Shown here: positions 1-11,547 of the stretch, piece after piece
Layout of the letters: each line of letters opens with the position of its first letter
How positions within the stretch are numbered: the first letter of the stretch is position 1
Assembly: GCA_016618085.1 (NCBI GenBank)
Contig: JABLTG010000034.1
Span: 113,034 to 133,033, forward strand
DNA: 20,000 bases
Reading direction: 5' to 3'
From: Neovahlkampfia damariscottae
Lineage: Eukaryota
The notes under the pieces: generated by a model
The model's input: only the letters and a program-made list of their open reading frames with translations
What the model was told of the DNA's origin: nothing
Databases searched by the model: none
Position numbers and translations under genes: made by a program

Positions 1-619
1 TCTAATTCTGTTGTTGACTTGTTAATTATACTTGAATTTTCCTCACTTTTTTCTTCTTGGTTAATGATAGTTGTATTCTCACTTTTCTTGTCTTCATTGT
101 TAGTAAAATTAAAATTGTTTGTTATTTCCTCACTTTTCTTCATTTCTGTATTATTTGGTAATGGTGGTGATTTTCTTTGTAATCTTTGAAATATATTCTT
201 CGATTCTGAAGTAGTTTTTGGAACAATAGTTTCTGTTGTTTTAGAAATTGGTACTACAGCTTTCTTATCGATTTTCAATTCTTCTGCATCTGGAATTTGT
301 GAAGCATCATGTAAGTAAGCACAAGCATTTCCTTTCGCGCATTTTCCTTCGAGAAAATAGGAGCAAGGAGTTGCAAATACATGCCTATCAGTGCATTTAT
401 CATTATTACAACCTTCAGTTGTTTGAAAAGCGAGACAAATTGGTTTATTCTTGACTAGTTCAGAGTGTCGAAATTCACAGGCATCTCCCTTTATTTTGAG
501 CTTTTTGATTATATTTGTACCTTGATACATTGTCCTTTCCAAAAATATATGCAGTCTTGAACAACATCTTTTTTTGAAGTTGGAGTTACGTTTGCTTGTT
601 TCGTTGGTTGGGATAACAT
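1..619 (-). CDS. Tandem triple CCCH zinc-finger protein (ZC3H11A-like N-terminus); 3' end runs off the window
   Basis: Not in the ORF track. ATG at 619. Removing a 32-nt GT-AG intron (489-520) gives MLSQPTKQ...DCIYFWKGQCIK/GDACEFRH...ICLAFQTTEGCNNDKCTDRH...PCSYFLEGKCAKGNACAYLH, i.e. three C-x7/8-C-x4/5-C-x3-H fingers followed by a charged low-complexity region. Confidence 0.85.
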
Positions 620-732
620 TTTGATTGGTGGAAATAAACCAATAATATTTATTATAAATTCAAATTAGAAAAAGAAAAGGAAAAAGTAATTTTCAGAGTA
701 AAGTAAATTTTATTTCAAATTATTAATACATT

Positions 733-3700
733 TTATTTTTTTTTCTTCTTTGATAATTTTTTTGGTGACCTTGATTCAGGATCTGATTTTTTCAAGGCAT
801 TTAATTTAAGAGGTGAAGGAAGTTCATCATAAGACTGATTCAATGAACTTGTTCCAATTGAGCCATCTTGTGATAATCTTTTTTTGTGCATTGGTACATG
901 TTGAGGAGAATTATTGTTTGAACCATCACTTGATTCAGAATCTTTGATAGTGACAATTGGTTCTGAAGTTCCTTTGCGCAGTACAGGTGATTTTTTCATC
1001 AACATTGAACTTGGTGAATCCAACATAAAATTCTTTTTTGGAGGTCCTACATCTTCATCATTCACTTCGGAAATTGGAATTATTCCAGAAACTAAATTCT
1101 TTGATGATTTTGAACGTGGTGATGTGAATGAATTTCTGAAACTAGAAAAAGAAGATTTTCCACTTGTTGGTTCTCTTGGTGATGATAATGAACCACCTGA
1201 GTTATCAGAGTGTCTTGGTGATATTACTTGAGAACTTGTTGATCTTTCCATTTCTGTTCCTCTTTTCTTTTTTTTAACAACAAAAACATCATCTCTTCCA
1301 TCTCTAGCACTTAAATCATCTTTTTTTGTTGAATTATCACCACTTGGAATTGGAAGATGTAATTTTGTTTTTCCTCTTTTTTGTTTGAAAATATTTAAAT
1401 AAGTTTTGTTCTTTTTTGAATCATCTGTATCTAATTTTTCATCCATGATAACTTTTGCAAGTTCATGATAATCTTCTTTTTTAAATCTTGAATAAGTATC
1501 AACCATTGTAGTTGATAATGATTTTTCAACATCTTCAAATAAATCAGGACCTAAATTTGGATCAAGACTTGGATCTTCGAATAATCTACTTCTTTCAATA
1601 TCTAAAATTGCATTAATTGCATCACAAGGTCTTCTGTTAATATTAATTAACTTTGGTGCATCTTCTGCTAAAAATAAATTAAAAATTGAAATGGCTTTAT
1701 GAAATCTCTCTGATGGATCTTCTAAATTTCTATAAGCAATAATATTTTCCCAAGCCAAAATATTTTCTGTACTAAATTCTTTTTCACAAAATGATTTGAA
1801 ATAAACTCTATATTTTGGATTTGAAATAATTTGTTCAAATTCAAAATTTATATCACTTAAAGCTTCTTTCATTCCTTTTTGATTCAATGAAAAGTCATAA
1901 GGTTGATAAGATACTAATTCATCAATATTTCCTTCATTTTTTTTAATGAATTTTTGTAATGTTGAATCTTGACTTGGATGAATATATTTTGATACAAATT
2001 CTAATTTTTCTAATTTTGTTTTACCAAATTTTTCATCTTCTAAAATTGAATGTAATTTTATTGAGTTTTCAAGTAATTCTGTTGAATTTGAAATAAAGAA
2101 TTTAGTTGCTTCTTCCATACGGTCCTCAACAGTTGAATGTGAATAAAATCTTAAAACAGGTGAACTAACTGTTCCTTTATGTAAACAAAAATCCATTCTA
2201 AGATCATTTTCAATTTCAATTTCATAATTTTTATCACAACCTAAAATACTCTTTTCTAATTCAGCTAAATGTATTTCAAATAATCCAATATTGATTCTAC
2301 ATTTTTTTATTTTTTTTGCTCTTTTAACAAATGTATTATTTCCATCTTCAATTGATTTTACAGTACACCATAAATTTAAAAAGTTATATAAATTAAGAAA
2401 TAAACTCTTTTTCCAATTCATTTCAAGTGAATTTGGATCAAGTTTTTGAAATTTATAAATTAATCCTTCAATATTATAAAAATTCTTTGATTTTCCTAAA
2501 GTTGCATATTCGATAGTGTTATTATATTGATCTTTTGAAATGATTGAAAATTCATCACAAAGCATAACAAAATTATAATCAAATGTTCTTAATAAATAGT
2601 CATCATTTTGTGGTTCAAATAAACAAAATGAATGAGGTGGTGGAAAATATGAAGTTTTAGATCTATCTTCTGAGAATTGATAATTATATTCTAATGAAAA
2701 ATCTTTTTCTAAATTTGTTGATTTGACTATAAATTTCTTTATAAAATCATTAATAAGAAATTCAATATCTTGATGTGATATAAAATGTTGACTTAAATCT
2801 TTAATTCCGTCATATAATTGTTGTCCTGAAAACATATTTTCGACTGTACTTTTTTTTTGTTTGACAGTTATAAATTCAATTGTATTTCTTAATAAAAGTA
2901 CCAAAGATTCATGCTTTTTTTTTTTTTTTGATTAATTATTTTGTTTTTTTTTTCTTACTTGTTCATCTTCTTCAAATCCAAAATAATTTCTTTCTCCATC
3001 ATATAGAGGATTTATAACTTCTTGTGGTTCATCAGCTAATGGATTATTATACAAAACAGCTTCTTCAAAAAGTTCATTTTGATAAGTAAAAAATTCGTCT
3101 GCAAGTGGATTTACGTATTCAAAATTTTCAACTCCATTGACAACATTTTTAATTCCTTGATATGCAAGTCTTTCAAATTGAGATATTTTTTGAAAAATTC
3201 TTGGTGACGAATTACCGTTTTCATCTTTTGGTTTTGTTGGTATATTTTTAACTTCTCTTGGTGTTACAGGTGTAAAACTTTTTGGTGAATCAGTTCTAAT
3301 TGAAATTCTATTCTTCATGAATGGATTTGTTATTTTTGATTTTTGAAATAATTTAGCCAAATCATCAACATGTTTTGCCACTTCTTCTTCACTTTTTTCT
3401 TGTTTTTTTAGGTTTGGATTTGTTAAAGCTTTATCCGAAGTTGTATGAACAATAGTAACAGCTCTCTTTTTTTCTTCTTGTTTTCTTGGTGTTGTTTCTC
3501 CTTTTCTAGGTGTAATTGTGGTTCTTCTTTTTCTTCTTGGTGAAGAAATTTGTTGAAGTGTGTCAGTAACAATAGACTTTGTATCAATTGTTTTTGATTT
3601 AACTGCTGTTTCTTTTTCAATTTTTATATTTATTGGTTGAGGTTTTTTTTCTTCAACTTTTGTGTCTTGAATTTTTTGTTGAATTTTTTTTTCTACTTGT

Positions 3701-4329
3701 TTTTCTGGATTTATCTCTTGTACTTTGAGGTTTGGTATTTTTTTTTCAACTGGATTTTCAACTGCTGTTTCTTTTGGATTTGTAACTGAAGGTTCATTTA
3801 TAAATTTTTTTCCTTGAGATATACTTGTACTTTGAACTTTTCTTGGACTAAAGTGTTGTTTTTTTCTTGGTGTCATGGCTTCCATACTTTGAATTAAATT
3901 TCTAACTGAACCTCGGGAAGAAAGTGATTTTATCTCTAAATCCAGCTTTTTAGGCTCTTCTTCATTTTTATTTTCAAGGTTCAATAGAACTTTATCTACA
4001 GGTTGTATATTTTCCATTGAAATTAAATCTTTATCTTCTGGTGTTGATGATAAAGAACTTGTTCCAGAACTCAACTGCTGCTCTTTTTTTTGAAGTTCTT
4101 TTGTGTTAAAAATGATATGATTTGGTATTGGTGAGGTAGAAACGTTTGGACTCGTTGTTCCTGAGCTTCTATTTGAGTTGAACTTATTATCTTTTGTTTT
4201 CATGCTTGGAGATGTGGAAAGACTTTTTTCTGAAGAATCTTTTGGTTTTATAAAACTTTTTGATGCTTCTACTTTCTTCTCCTGTATCCTAGTTTCCCAT
4301 ATAGATAATCTACTGCGAAGTTTTGACAT
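733..4329 (-). CDS. Large RGS (regulator of G-protein signalling) domain protein, ~1183 aa, 2 exons
   Basis: ORFs 2932-4329 and 733-2904 join in frame across a 45-nt intron at 2914-2958 (GTAAG...AAAG; EDEQ/HESLVLL). The RGS signature FEQIISNPKYRVYFKSFCEKEFSTENILAWENI...IFNLFLAEDAPKLINI...LFEDVEKSL...DTYSRF lies at ~1480-1845. N- and C-termini are S/T-P-R-rich and low complexity. Confidence 0.85.
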
Positions 4330-4582
4330 GCTATTTGTTACTGTTCGTGTTGACTGATTTTCTTCTACCTTCGCGATGATTGGTTGATTTTCCCAACCAA
4401 TTTATTCTGAAGAGAGTTTAGAATATTGTAATAAAGAACAAAATATATTTTTTATTCTTATTTTCTTCTGTTTGATTGGGTAGTTCTTTCATTTGACCAA
4501 TTTGGAACAAATCCTTCCAATTTTGTTCCATTTACTGACTTGAAAAACCAACCATACAAATGTTAAAAAAATGTCATGAGAA

Positions 4583-5472
4583 TTATTCTGAATGGTATGG
4601 ACAACTTCCCTTTCTTCTCATACAAGGTTTACCTCTTGAATTCGAATGTCCACAAACAATGAAGTTTTCATCTCCTTCTTCCAAGTCCACTTGTATCTTC
4701 TTCTTTTTTGGTTCTGTATTCGTTATTTGATCACTTTTTTTTGAAGGAGCTCTTTTTCTCTTTTCCTTTTGATGACTGTTCAAAAATTCATTCAACCTTT
4801 CATTAAACTCGTCAATCTTTTCGGTTTCATCCAATAATTTATATTCTTGCGACTCTAAATACTCATATACTTCCTTTTTAAAATTCACTTTTTCTTCTTT
4901 GAAAATGTATTTGAGTTGATGTTGAAAATTTGAACAAATATTTTCAAAAATTTCATTTTTCAGTTTGTCATAAATAATTTTGGATCTTTCTTCTTCACTT
5001 TTATCTTTTACATTCAAAAGATTTGGTTTTTCGAAATATTGATAAATTTCATTTTCAATTTCTTCAAGTTTTCCCTTTTTTATTTTTTAATTTTTTATTT
5101 TTTTACTTCTTTTTTAATTTTTTCCTTCAAGTTTTTTTTAAATTGAAAGATCTTTTCTTCCATATCTGTTGTTATTCTCTCCTTTATATTTGGTAATTCA
5201 ATAGGTCCAGTTTGTTTTTTTTCAATTTTTTTTGGTGTTTCTTCTTCTTCTTTTTTTGTTTCCTTTTCAATGTTATTTTGAGCTACATTTTCAAATGTTT
5301 TTTCAAGTTCCGTTTTTTCTTTTGAATTTATTTTTGTTACTTCTTCATTATTTTCTACAGTTTCTTTGGATGTTTCTTCTTCTACTATCACTTTATCTTC
5401 TTTTTCTTTCTTGAATGGATCTGTTTGTACAATTTTTATAGAAACAACATTTGAGTTATTTTGACCCAACAT
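4583..5472 (-). CDS. Hypothetical charged protein with a C-terminal C-x9-C-x6-C-x2-H zinc finger and a basic NLS-like stretch, 2 exons
   Basis: Probable ATG at 5472 (MLGQNNS). A 32-nt intron at 5075-5106 (GTAAA...AAAG) joins ORF 5095-5529 in frame to ORF 4583-5017. The C-terminus reads CGHSNSRGKPCMRRKGSCPYH; KRKRAPSKK and PKKKK are basic patches. Confidence 0.7.
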
Positions 5473-5555
5473 CTTAAACTTTTTTTTTTGAATGTTTGTT
5501 GGAATGAAATAATTGGTTGATTCCTTCAAACAAAAAAAACTGAAAAAAAAACTTT
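5473..5555. promoter_or_regulatory. 83-bp bidirectional promoter with a central CCAAT box
   Basis: Divergent ATGs at 5472 (-) and 5556 (+); ATTGG at 5512-5516. Confidence 0.55.
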
Positions 5556-6635
5556 ATGTCTGAGATTCACCCAGTTCAAGCAAATGAAGTAATTTCAGTA
5601 ATAATGGGTCTTGGAGTTTGTATATCTACACCTATTACACTATTTGCACAGGTTTATTTTTTTCACTTTTTACTTAATATTTCACAGACACATAAAATCT
5701 TGAAAAACAAATCCGCAGATGGTCTTTCATTTCCAACTTTATCACTAGCGTAAGAAAAACATAATCCTCAAATATTTTTCAGTGCTCTCAACGCGTTCAT
5801 GGCTTTTTGTAATGCAACAATTTTGAATTGGGATGAATTAAAAATGTGCAATTGTTTTGTAAGTTTTGAATTATTTTTTAATATTTTAGAGTATATTTAA
5901 ATGTTTAGATACCATTCTAATCTCTGCTCAATTATTGATTTTATTTTATTTTTACATGGTCAATCTTTGTTTATTTATGTTTTTTTATTGGTTTCCAGGA
6001 AAGAAAACAGAAGAAGAATCATATGGAAAATTAAAAGATGACAATGAATTGGAATTTGATGAAGAAATTCAAGTTGAAGACAAGTGTGTTCAAGACGGAG
6101 AAGGTACAATGTATTACAAAACTCAAAGACTTTTTATTTCATCTTTGTATACATTTTTATTCATATCCTATTTCGTAATGGCTGGTATTGGAATTACATT
6201 AACTTGGGTTTATGGATCTGATACAGAATCACCTGGTGGTGTTTATGCTCGTTCTTTAGGTCTAATTGCTACAATGATTATTATTGTCCAATGGACACCT
6301 CAAATGTATCATTTTTTTTCAAATTTAAATTATTTAGATTTCGTACTATTATTGATAGATCTGCTGGTAATTTTAGTATTGTGATGATTGGTATAATGAC
6401 ACCTGCATCTTTTGTCATTCTTTTTTATTTTGCTGTTTTATCTGGACAAGATTGGACAACTTGGATTCCATATTTATTCAGTGGGATTCAACAAGCAATT
6501 CTTTTGACTCTTTGTATTTATTTTGAATATATTCATAAAAGAATTTTTGGTGAAAAAAAGAAACCAGAAGATGAAGAAGGTGAAACTCAAAGATTGACAA
6601 AACCAAAAGATTCAATGAGAGAAGTACCTTTATAA
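5556..6635 (+). CDS. PQ-loop repeat membrane transporter (cystinosin/PQLC-like), 5 exons
   Basis: Introns at 5652-5687, 5750-5782, 5859-5889 and 6306-6337 give one open frame. It has two PQ-loop-type repeats (LFAQ/THKILKNKSADGLSFPTL and QWTPQ/IFRTIIDRSAGNFSIVMI) and multiple hydrophobic segments. Confidence 0.85.
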
Positions 6636-6707
6636 ATAATTTCGTTTAATTTTCTTCTGCTCTTTTGAATTTTCAAACCAATCAAATTGTTTTGGAATTC
6701 TCAAACA

Positions 6708-7723
6708 ATGAACAAACGAAAAATGGATAACTTTTTTTCTGATATGGGAAAAATAGATATAGATGATAATTTTTCAAAAAAGACTAAAACTGAAATGTCC
6801 ATGTACAATGTATATTCAAAGTTACCTTGGTATGCAAAAAAAAAAAAACTTAACGATTTTCAACAAGGATTGTGCCTTCAGCAACAAAAAAAAATAAAAG
6901 AAAAAGAGAAGATGATGAATTAACTCCAAAAAAATTCCGAGAAGATTATGTTTATGACGAAAACACCTTCAAGTAAAAAAAAAACTAATACTTAAAAAAA
7001 AGTTCAAATGAAGAAATTATTCAAGTATTTTCACCAAGTCAATTCAATATGAAATTATGTGTTGATAATTTCTTAAAATATTCGATGAATAACGAAATTT
7101 CTTATTCCAACTTGCAGAACTTTCAAAGAGATATAGGTTTTTTTTCAAACCCAATTTTAGATGTAAGTTTTTCAATTTTGAATTTATTTTCAAGTTTAAA
7201 TATTTACTATTGATGTATCAATTAAAATGTGAATCAAAATATCGAATTTTACATCAAGAATGGACATTTGGTTTTATGACATTAAAGTAAAAAGATAAAA
7301 CTTTTAACTTGATAAATTAGTTGTGATACTATCGAAAAAATTCGAACTTATTTAAAAACGATTGAAAAAATTATACTTGAATGGACAATTGAAGATGTTA
7401 AAGCATTTTTCACTTTCTGTTTTCAATTTTTAAAAGATACAAAGCATCAAAAATCACTGGGCACTGAAGTTGTTTCATGTGTTTTGAAAAGTATCATGGG
7501 TAGTAATAGATCAAGTTTTACAGATTCTTTCACAAAATTTTTGATAAATTCTAAAATCAAATGTTTGAATTTGGATCAATTTAAAATGTTTGTGGATTTT
7601 TCATGTATAATCAAACCAGACTTTTCCAATTATGATACAAATGATGCATGGCCAACAGTGTATGATGATTATGTTGAATTTATGAAAAATAATGAATTGA
7701 TGGATTATTCACAAGAATTCTAA
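6708..7723 (+). CDS. DCN1: DCN1-like cullin neddylation E3 (DCUN1D family, PONY/cullin-binding domain; basic N-terminus, no UBA seen), 5 exons
   Basis: Introns at 6830-6867, 6973-7002, 7163-7194 and 7287-7320 restore an ORF containing EWTFGFMTLN/CDTIEKIR, FFTFCFQFLKDTKHQKSL and LNLDQFKMFVDFS...DFSNYDTNDAWPTVYDDYVEFM. The last stretch matches the DCN1 'YD..AWP...D.FVE' motif. Confidence 0.85.
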
Positions 7724-7907
7724 AATGTAAATTTTAAGCAGTATAGTTCCTGCGATTAGAAATTTTTTTCTATTTTTTTTGGCACAGTGCACAGAGCAAT
7801 CATTCAAAATAATTCTCCGTTGTATTGACCAATTGGATAAATGATGGAACTAACATCCAATAAAAACCCTTGTTTTTGATTTTCCTAAATTCTCTTTTGA
7901 TTCGTCT

Positions 7908-9353
7908 ATGTCTCAACCACTATTGTTTAGACGTTGGTCACTCATTTTAGTATTTCTTGTATTGCTACAGGTTACTAGAACTGAAACACAGCTATATGAA
8001 AGTACAATGACATACAATGGCAGTAAGATGCTTCGGAGTTTGTTTGAATTCGAAGGAAAGCAGAATTCGTTTTCTTTGAGCACCTCAATTTTCAAACAAA
8101 CCAACTTGAACTTGTTAAATTTAACTTTGACCACAAAAAACGTAAATTATTCAAGAAATTTGAACATGTAAGTTTTAATTTTTGAATTAATGAACTAATC
8201 TTCCAGAACTTCATTTCCTTATGTGGACGTGCTTTATTTTCACAACTCATCAATTTTTTATGACAATTTGCTGGCTAGTGAACTTGTAATCAATGCTAAT
8301 TTTGAACAGGATATTTCCTTTTCACAAAAACTTCTCAAAATTTGCGCAACAGCAACAACAGTACCTGAAGAATGGGAAAAATGGTTCATGTTAGGCTTAA
8401 TTATATCCATTTTTGTATTATTAATTGCTGGATTCAAACAACCATACTTTATTTTTTTGGGTGCTTCAAGTTTAATTTTCCTAACCGGAATAATTTCCAA
8501 AAAAGAATTTTTGATCGGATTTTCAAACGAAAGTCTTTTAACAAATGCTATATTATATCCATTGGTAAAACCAATTTCCAAAACAGGTGTAGTACAATAC
8601 ATCTTTCAAAAAATTTTAAGATTTAAAAAATTTCCGAGAATGTCTTTGTTATTTTTGTTAGTCGGAGTAGCCGCATTTTCATCTATATTAAATAATGGAC
8701 CTATTGTGGCATTATTCATTCCAATAATTACAGATTGGTGCAGAAAGAATCAATTATCACCTTCAAAATTTTTAATTCCATTAAGTTATGCGACTATTGC
8801 TGGTGGTATGTGCACATTAATAGGAACATCTACAAATATTTTAGTTGATGGTTTTCTTGAAGGAATAGATTCAAAATTACAATTCACATTTTTTGAAACT
8901 GGTTATGTTGGAATACCATTAACAGTTTTTGTCATTTTTTATTTATTCATTTTTGCATTCATTTGTTTACCAAAAAAGAAAAGTTTAATGAATTTTCTTG
9001 AAAGAGATGGAAAATCATTTCTTTCTGAAATTAAAATTTCAAAAAAATCTTCATTAAGAAGAAGAAGAGTTGGTGAAATAAAAAAACAATATAAAATTGA
9101 AGTTATTGAAATTATTAGAGAAAAAGAACATAAAATTGAAAGAATTGTTCCAGTACCTTCTGAAGAAATTATTGAAAAAAGAGATATTTTATTAATTTCA
9201 GGAGATGTTAATTTATTGATGAAAGTAGTTGATGAAAATCAAAAAGGAATTCTAAAAGAAAAAGTTTTTAAAAAAATATTAGATAAACATTCAAGACGTG
9301 GAAAAAAAAGAAGATCACTTAAAAATGAACAAAATCATCAAAAAGAAAATGAA

Positions 9354-9385
<32 letters not shown>

Positions 9386-11348
9386 AGAAGTTGATATTGA
9401 AGCAACATCGTCAGAAAATAAAATTGTTCATCAAGATGATCACAAAAAAAAAGAAGAAGAAGATGATGATAAAGAAAGAGAAGATGATGATGATGATGAT
9501 GAAGATGATTCTTCTTCAGATAGTGATGATGATGAAACTACTAAGAATACTTTGAATACAACAACAATGGCTGAAGTTCAATTTGATGAAAAGAATTATC
9601 AAAATCCACAACCAACTATTGATGATATTGAAGGAGAAGAAAGTGATGTTGATTTTTTAAAATCAGATGTTCATAGATTTGGATACAGTTCATCTGATGC
9701 AAGAGAACTTGATGGCATTACAACCAATGAGAATTCACCTTATATCACTGAACAAAGAAATACAGGTGTTGATGTTAGTGACACAAAAGTGAAAATTGAC
9801 TTTGCACATCCAATGCAACATTTAAGTCCTGGACGTCGTGCATCATCTGAAGATACAGAAGAAGAAGAATTAACTGATTATACAAAACCTTTTAAGAATG
9901 AAAGAAAAGTTTCAAATCCACTTCCAGAACAAAGTACTAATGTTGAACAATCAACTATACCAACAAAAACTGACAGAGAATCAATGGAAAAGAAAATTGA
10001 ATCAAAAATTCATCCTTTGACTATTAAATTTGAAAAAGTTGTTAATGATCGTTTTGATGATATGTCACCACAAATTAAAGAAACTGTCATTGAATTTCCA
10101 ACTCCAAAAACTCAATCACCAGTGGTTGCAGAAAAAGAAACAAATGAAAAAGAAAATGAAAAAGAAAAACGTAAAAAATCCGAAAAAGAAAAACATAAAG
10201 ATGAAGATGATAAACCATCCAATTATTTATCATCAGAAATGAACACAAAAGCAAAACCAATTCATCAATTAAAAGAAAAATTAAAAAAGAAAAAATCAAT
10301 GATTACAACAAAAATTGTTGAATTGAAAGAAAAAAAGGATAGTTTCATTGAATTAAGTCCAAAAAGGAAACTTGAAATTACAATGAAAAAATTTTTCGAT
10401 TTTTGTAAAAGCAAAATTATCGTCAGCAATAATGATAATCATCATACTGTTGAATTTTTTGAAGTTGTTTTAAGTGACCATTCAGATATTTTGGGTTGTC
10501 TTGTTAGAGATGGAATTTTTCAATCCAAATATGGAGCTTCTATTGTTGCAATTAGAAGAAAAAATGAAAATTCATTGGCTGGAATTGGAGAAATACAATT
10601 TAGAGCTGGAGATTCAATTTTAATTTTAGCAAAATCTTCATTTTATAATCAATGGGAAGATTCTGATGATTTTTTTGTCGTTTCAAAATGTGATCATGAA
10701 AATATTACTGCTTCTTCACATAAAGAAACTACAACACTTTTTGGAGTTACTTTTAACATTTTCTTTTTACAATATTTATCAATTCCAATATTTATTGGAA
10801 TGATTATTGCTGCTGCATGTGGTATTTCAATGTTTGTTTGCGCATTGGTTTCATTAATTGCAATGATACTTTTAGGTGTCATGGATCCAATTAAAGCTTA
10901 TCAAGCGATCAATTGGGGTGTTATTATATTAATTGGATGTTCATTTGGAATTGGAAAAGGTATTGATAATAGTGGATTGTCTTCAACTTTATCAAATTTA
11001 ATTTTACAAATTCCATTTCCAAATTATTGTTTACCTGGTATCATTTTTTTAATTACTCAAATTATTTCATCTGTCATTACAAATAATGCTGCAGCTGCTA
11101 TTACATTTCCACTTGCTGTATCATTTTCAACAATTAGAAATTCTCCAATCAAACCATTGGCAATTGCATGTGCATTAGGAGCAAGTGCTGAATTCTCAAC
11201 ACCAATCGGATATCATACAAATCTAATGGTTCAAGGTCCTGGAGGATACAAATTTTTTGATTACACTAAAGTTGGTTTGCCACTCAATTTTTTTATGTTT
11301 GCGATTGCTTCGGTATTAATCCCATTAATTTGGCCATATCCTGTTTAA
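7908..11348 (+). CDS. SLC13/DASS-family anion (sulfate/carboxylate) transporter with TrkA-C domains, similar in architecture to algal SLT/SAC1 and bacterial permeases; ~1133 aa, 2 exons
   Basis: Exon 7908-8167 starts with a signal-peptide-like segment and joins 8207-11348 across a 39-nt intron (8168-8206). Family motifs: GFSNE, SSILNNGPIVALFIP, PSKFLIPLSYATIAGGMCTLIGTSTNILV, SSVITNNAAAAITFP, SAEFSTPIGYHTNLMVQGPGGYKFFDYTKVGLPL. Two TrkA-C-like units lie at ~9015-9225 and ~10455-10630. Confidence 0.9.
9351..9535 (+). repeat. Coding trinucleotide microsatellites (GAA)n and (GAT)n encoding poly-Glu/poly-Asp
   Basis: gaagaagaag... at ~9351-9389 and gatgatgat... at ~9484-9535, inside the transporter's acidic insert. 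Confidence 0.9.
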
Positions 11349-11547
11349 AGACATGTATTTGTTATAATTATAAATAAAGTATACAAATGTATTCCTGTAA
11401 AAAATAGAAATTCTTTTCGTTATATTCTCATTCACTTAAAGAAATTCATGATATTTGAACAAACACATTTGATCAGTTGAAAATAAGATAAAAACTAAGG
11501 TTTATGCTTGTAACGTGACTAATTATGTACTAATATTAATATTTTAT

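Noticed and set aside
4350..4412. CTGA / CGATGA / CTGA boxes suggestive of a C/D snoRNA
   Set aside because: No proper upstream C box or terminal stem, and no convincing rRNA-complementary guide of 10 nt or more.
4515..4524. 10-nt match (AAAATTGGAA) to the start of the predicted Fanzor guide
   Set aside because: Too short and low-complexity to be significant in such AT-rich DNA, and the match does not extend.
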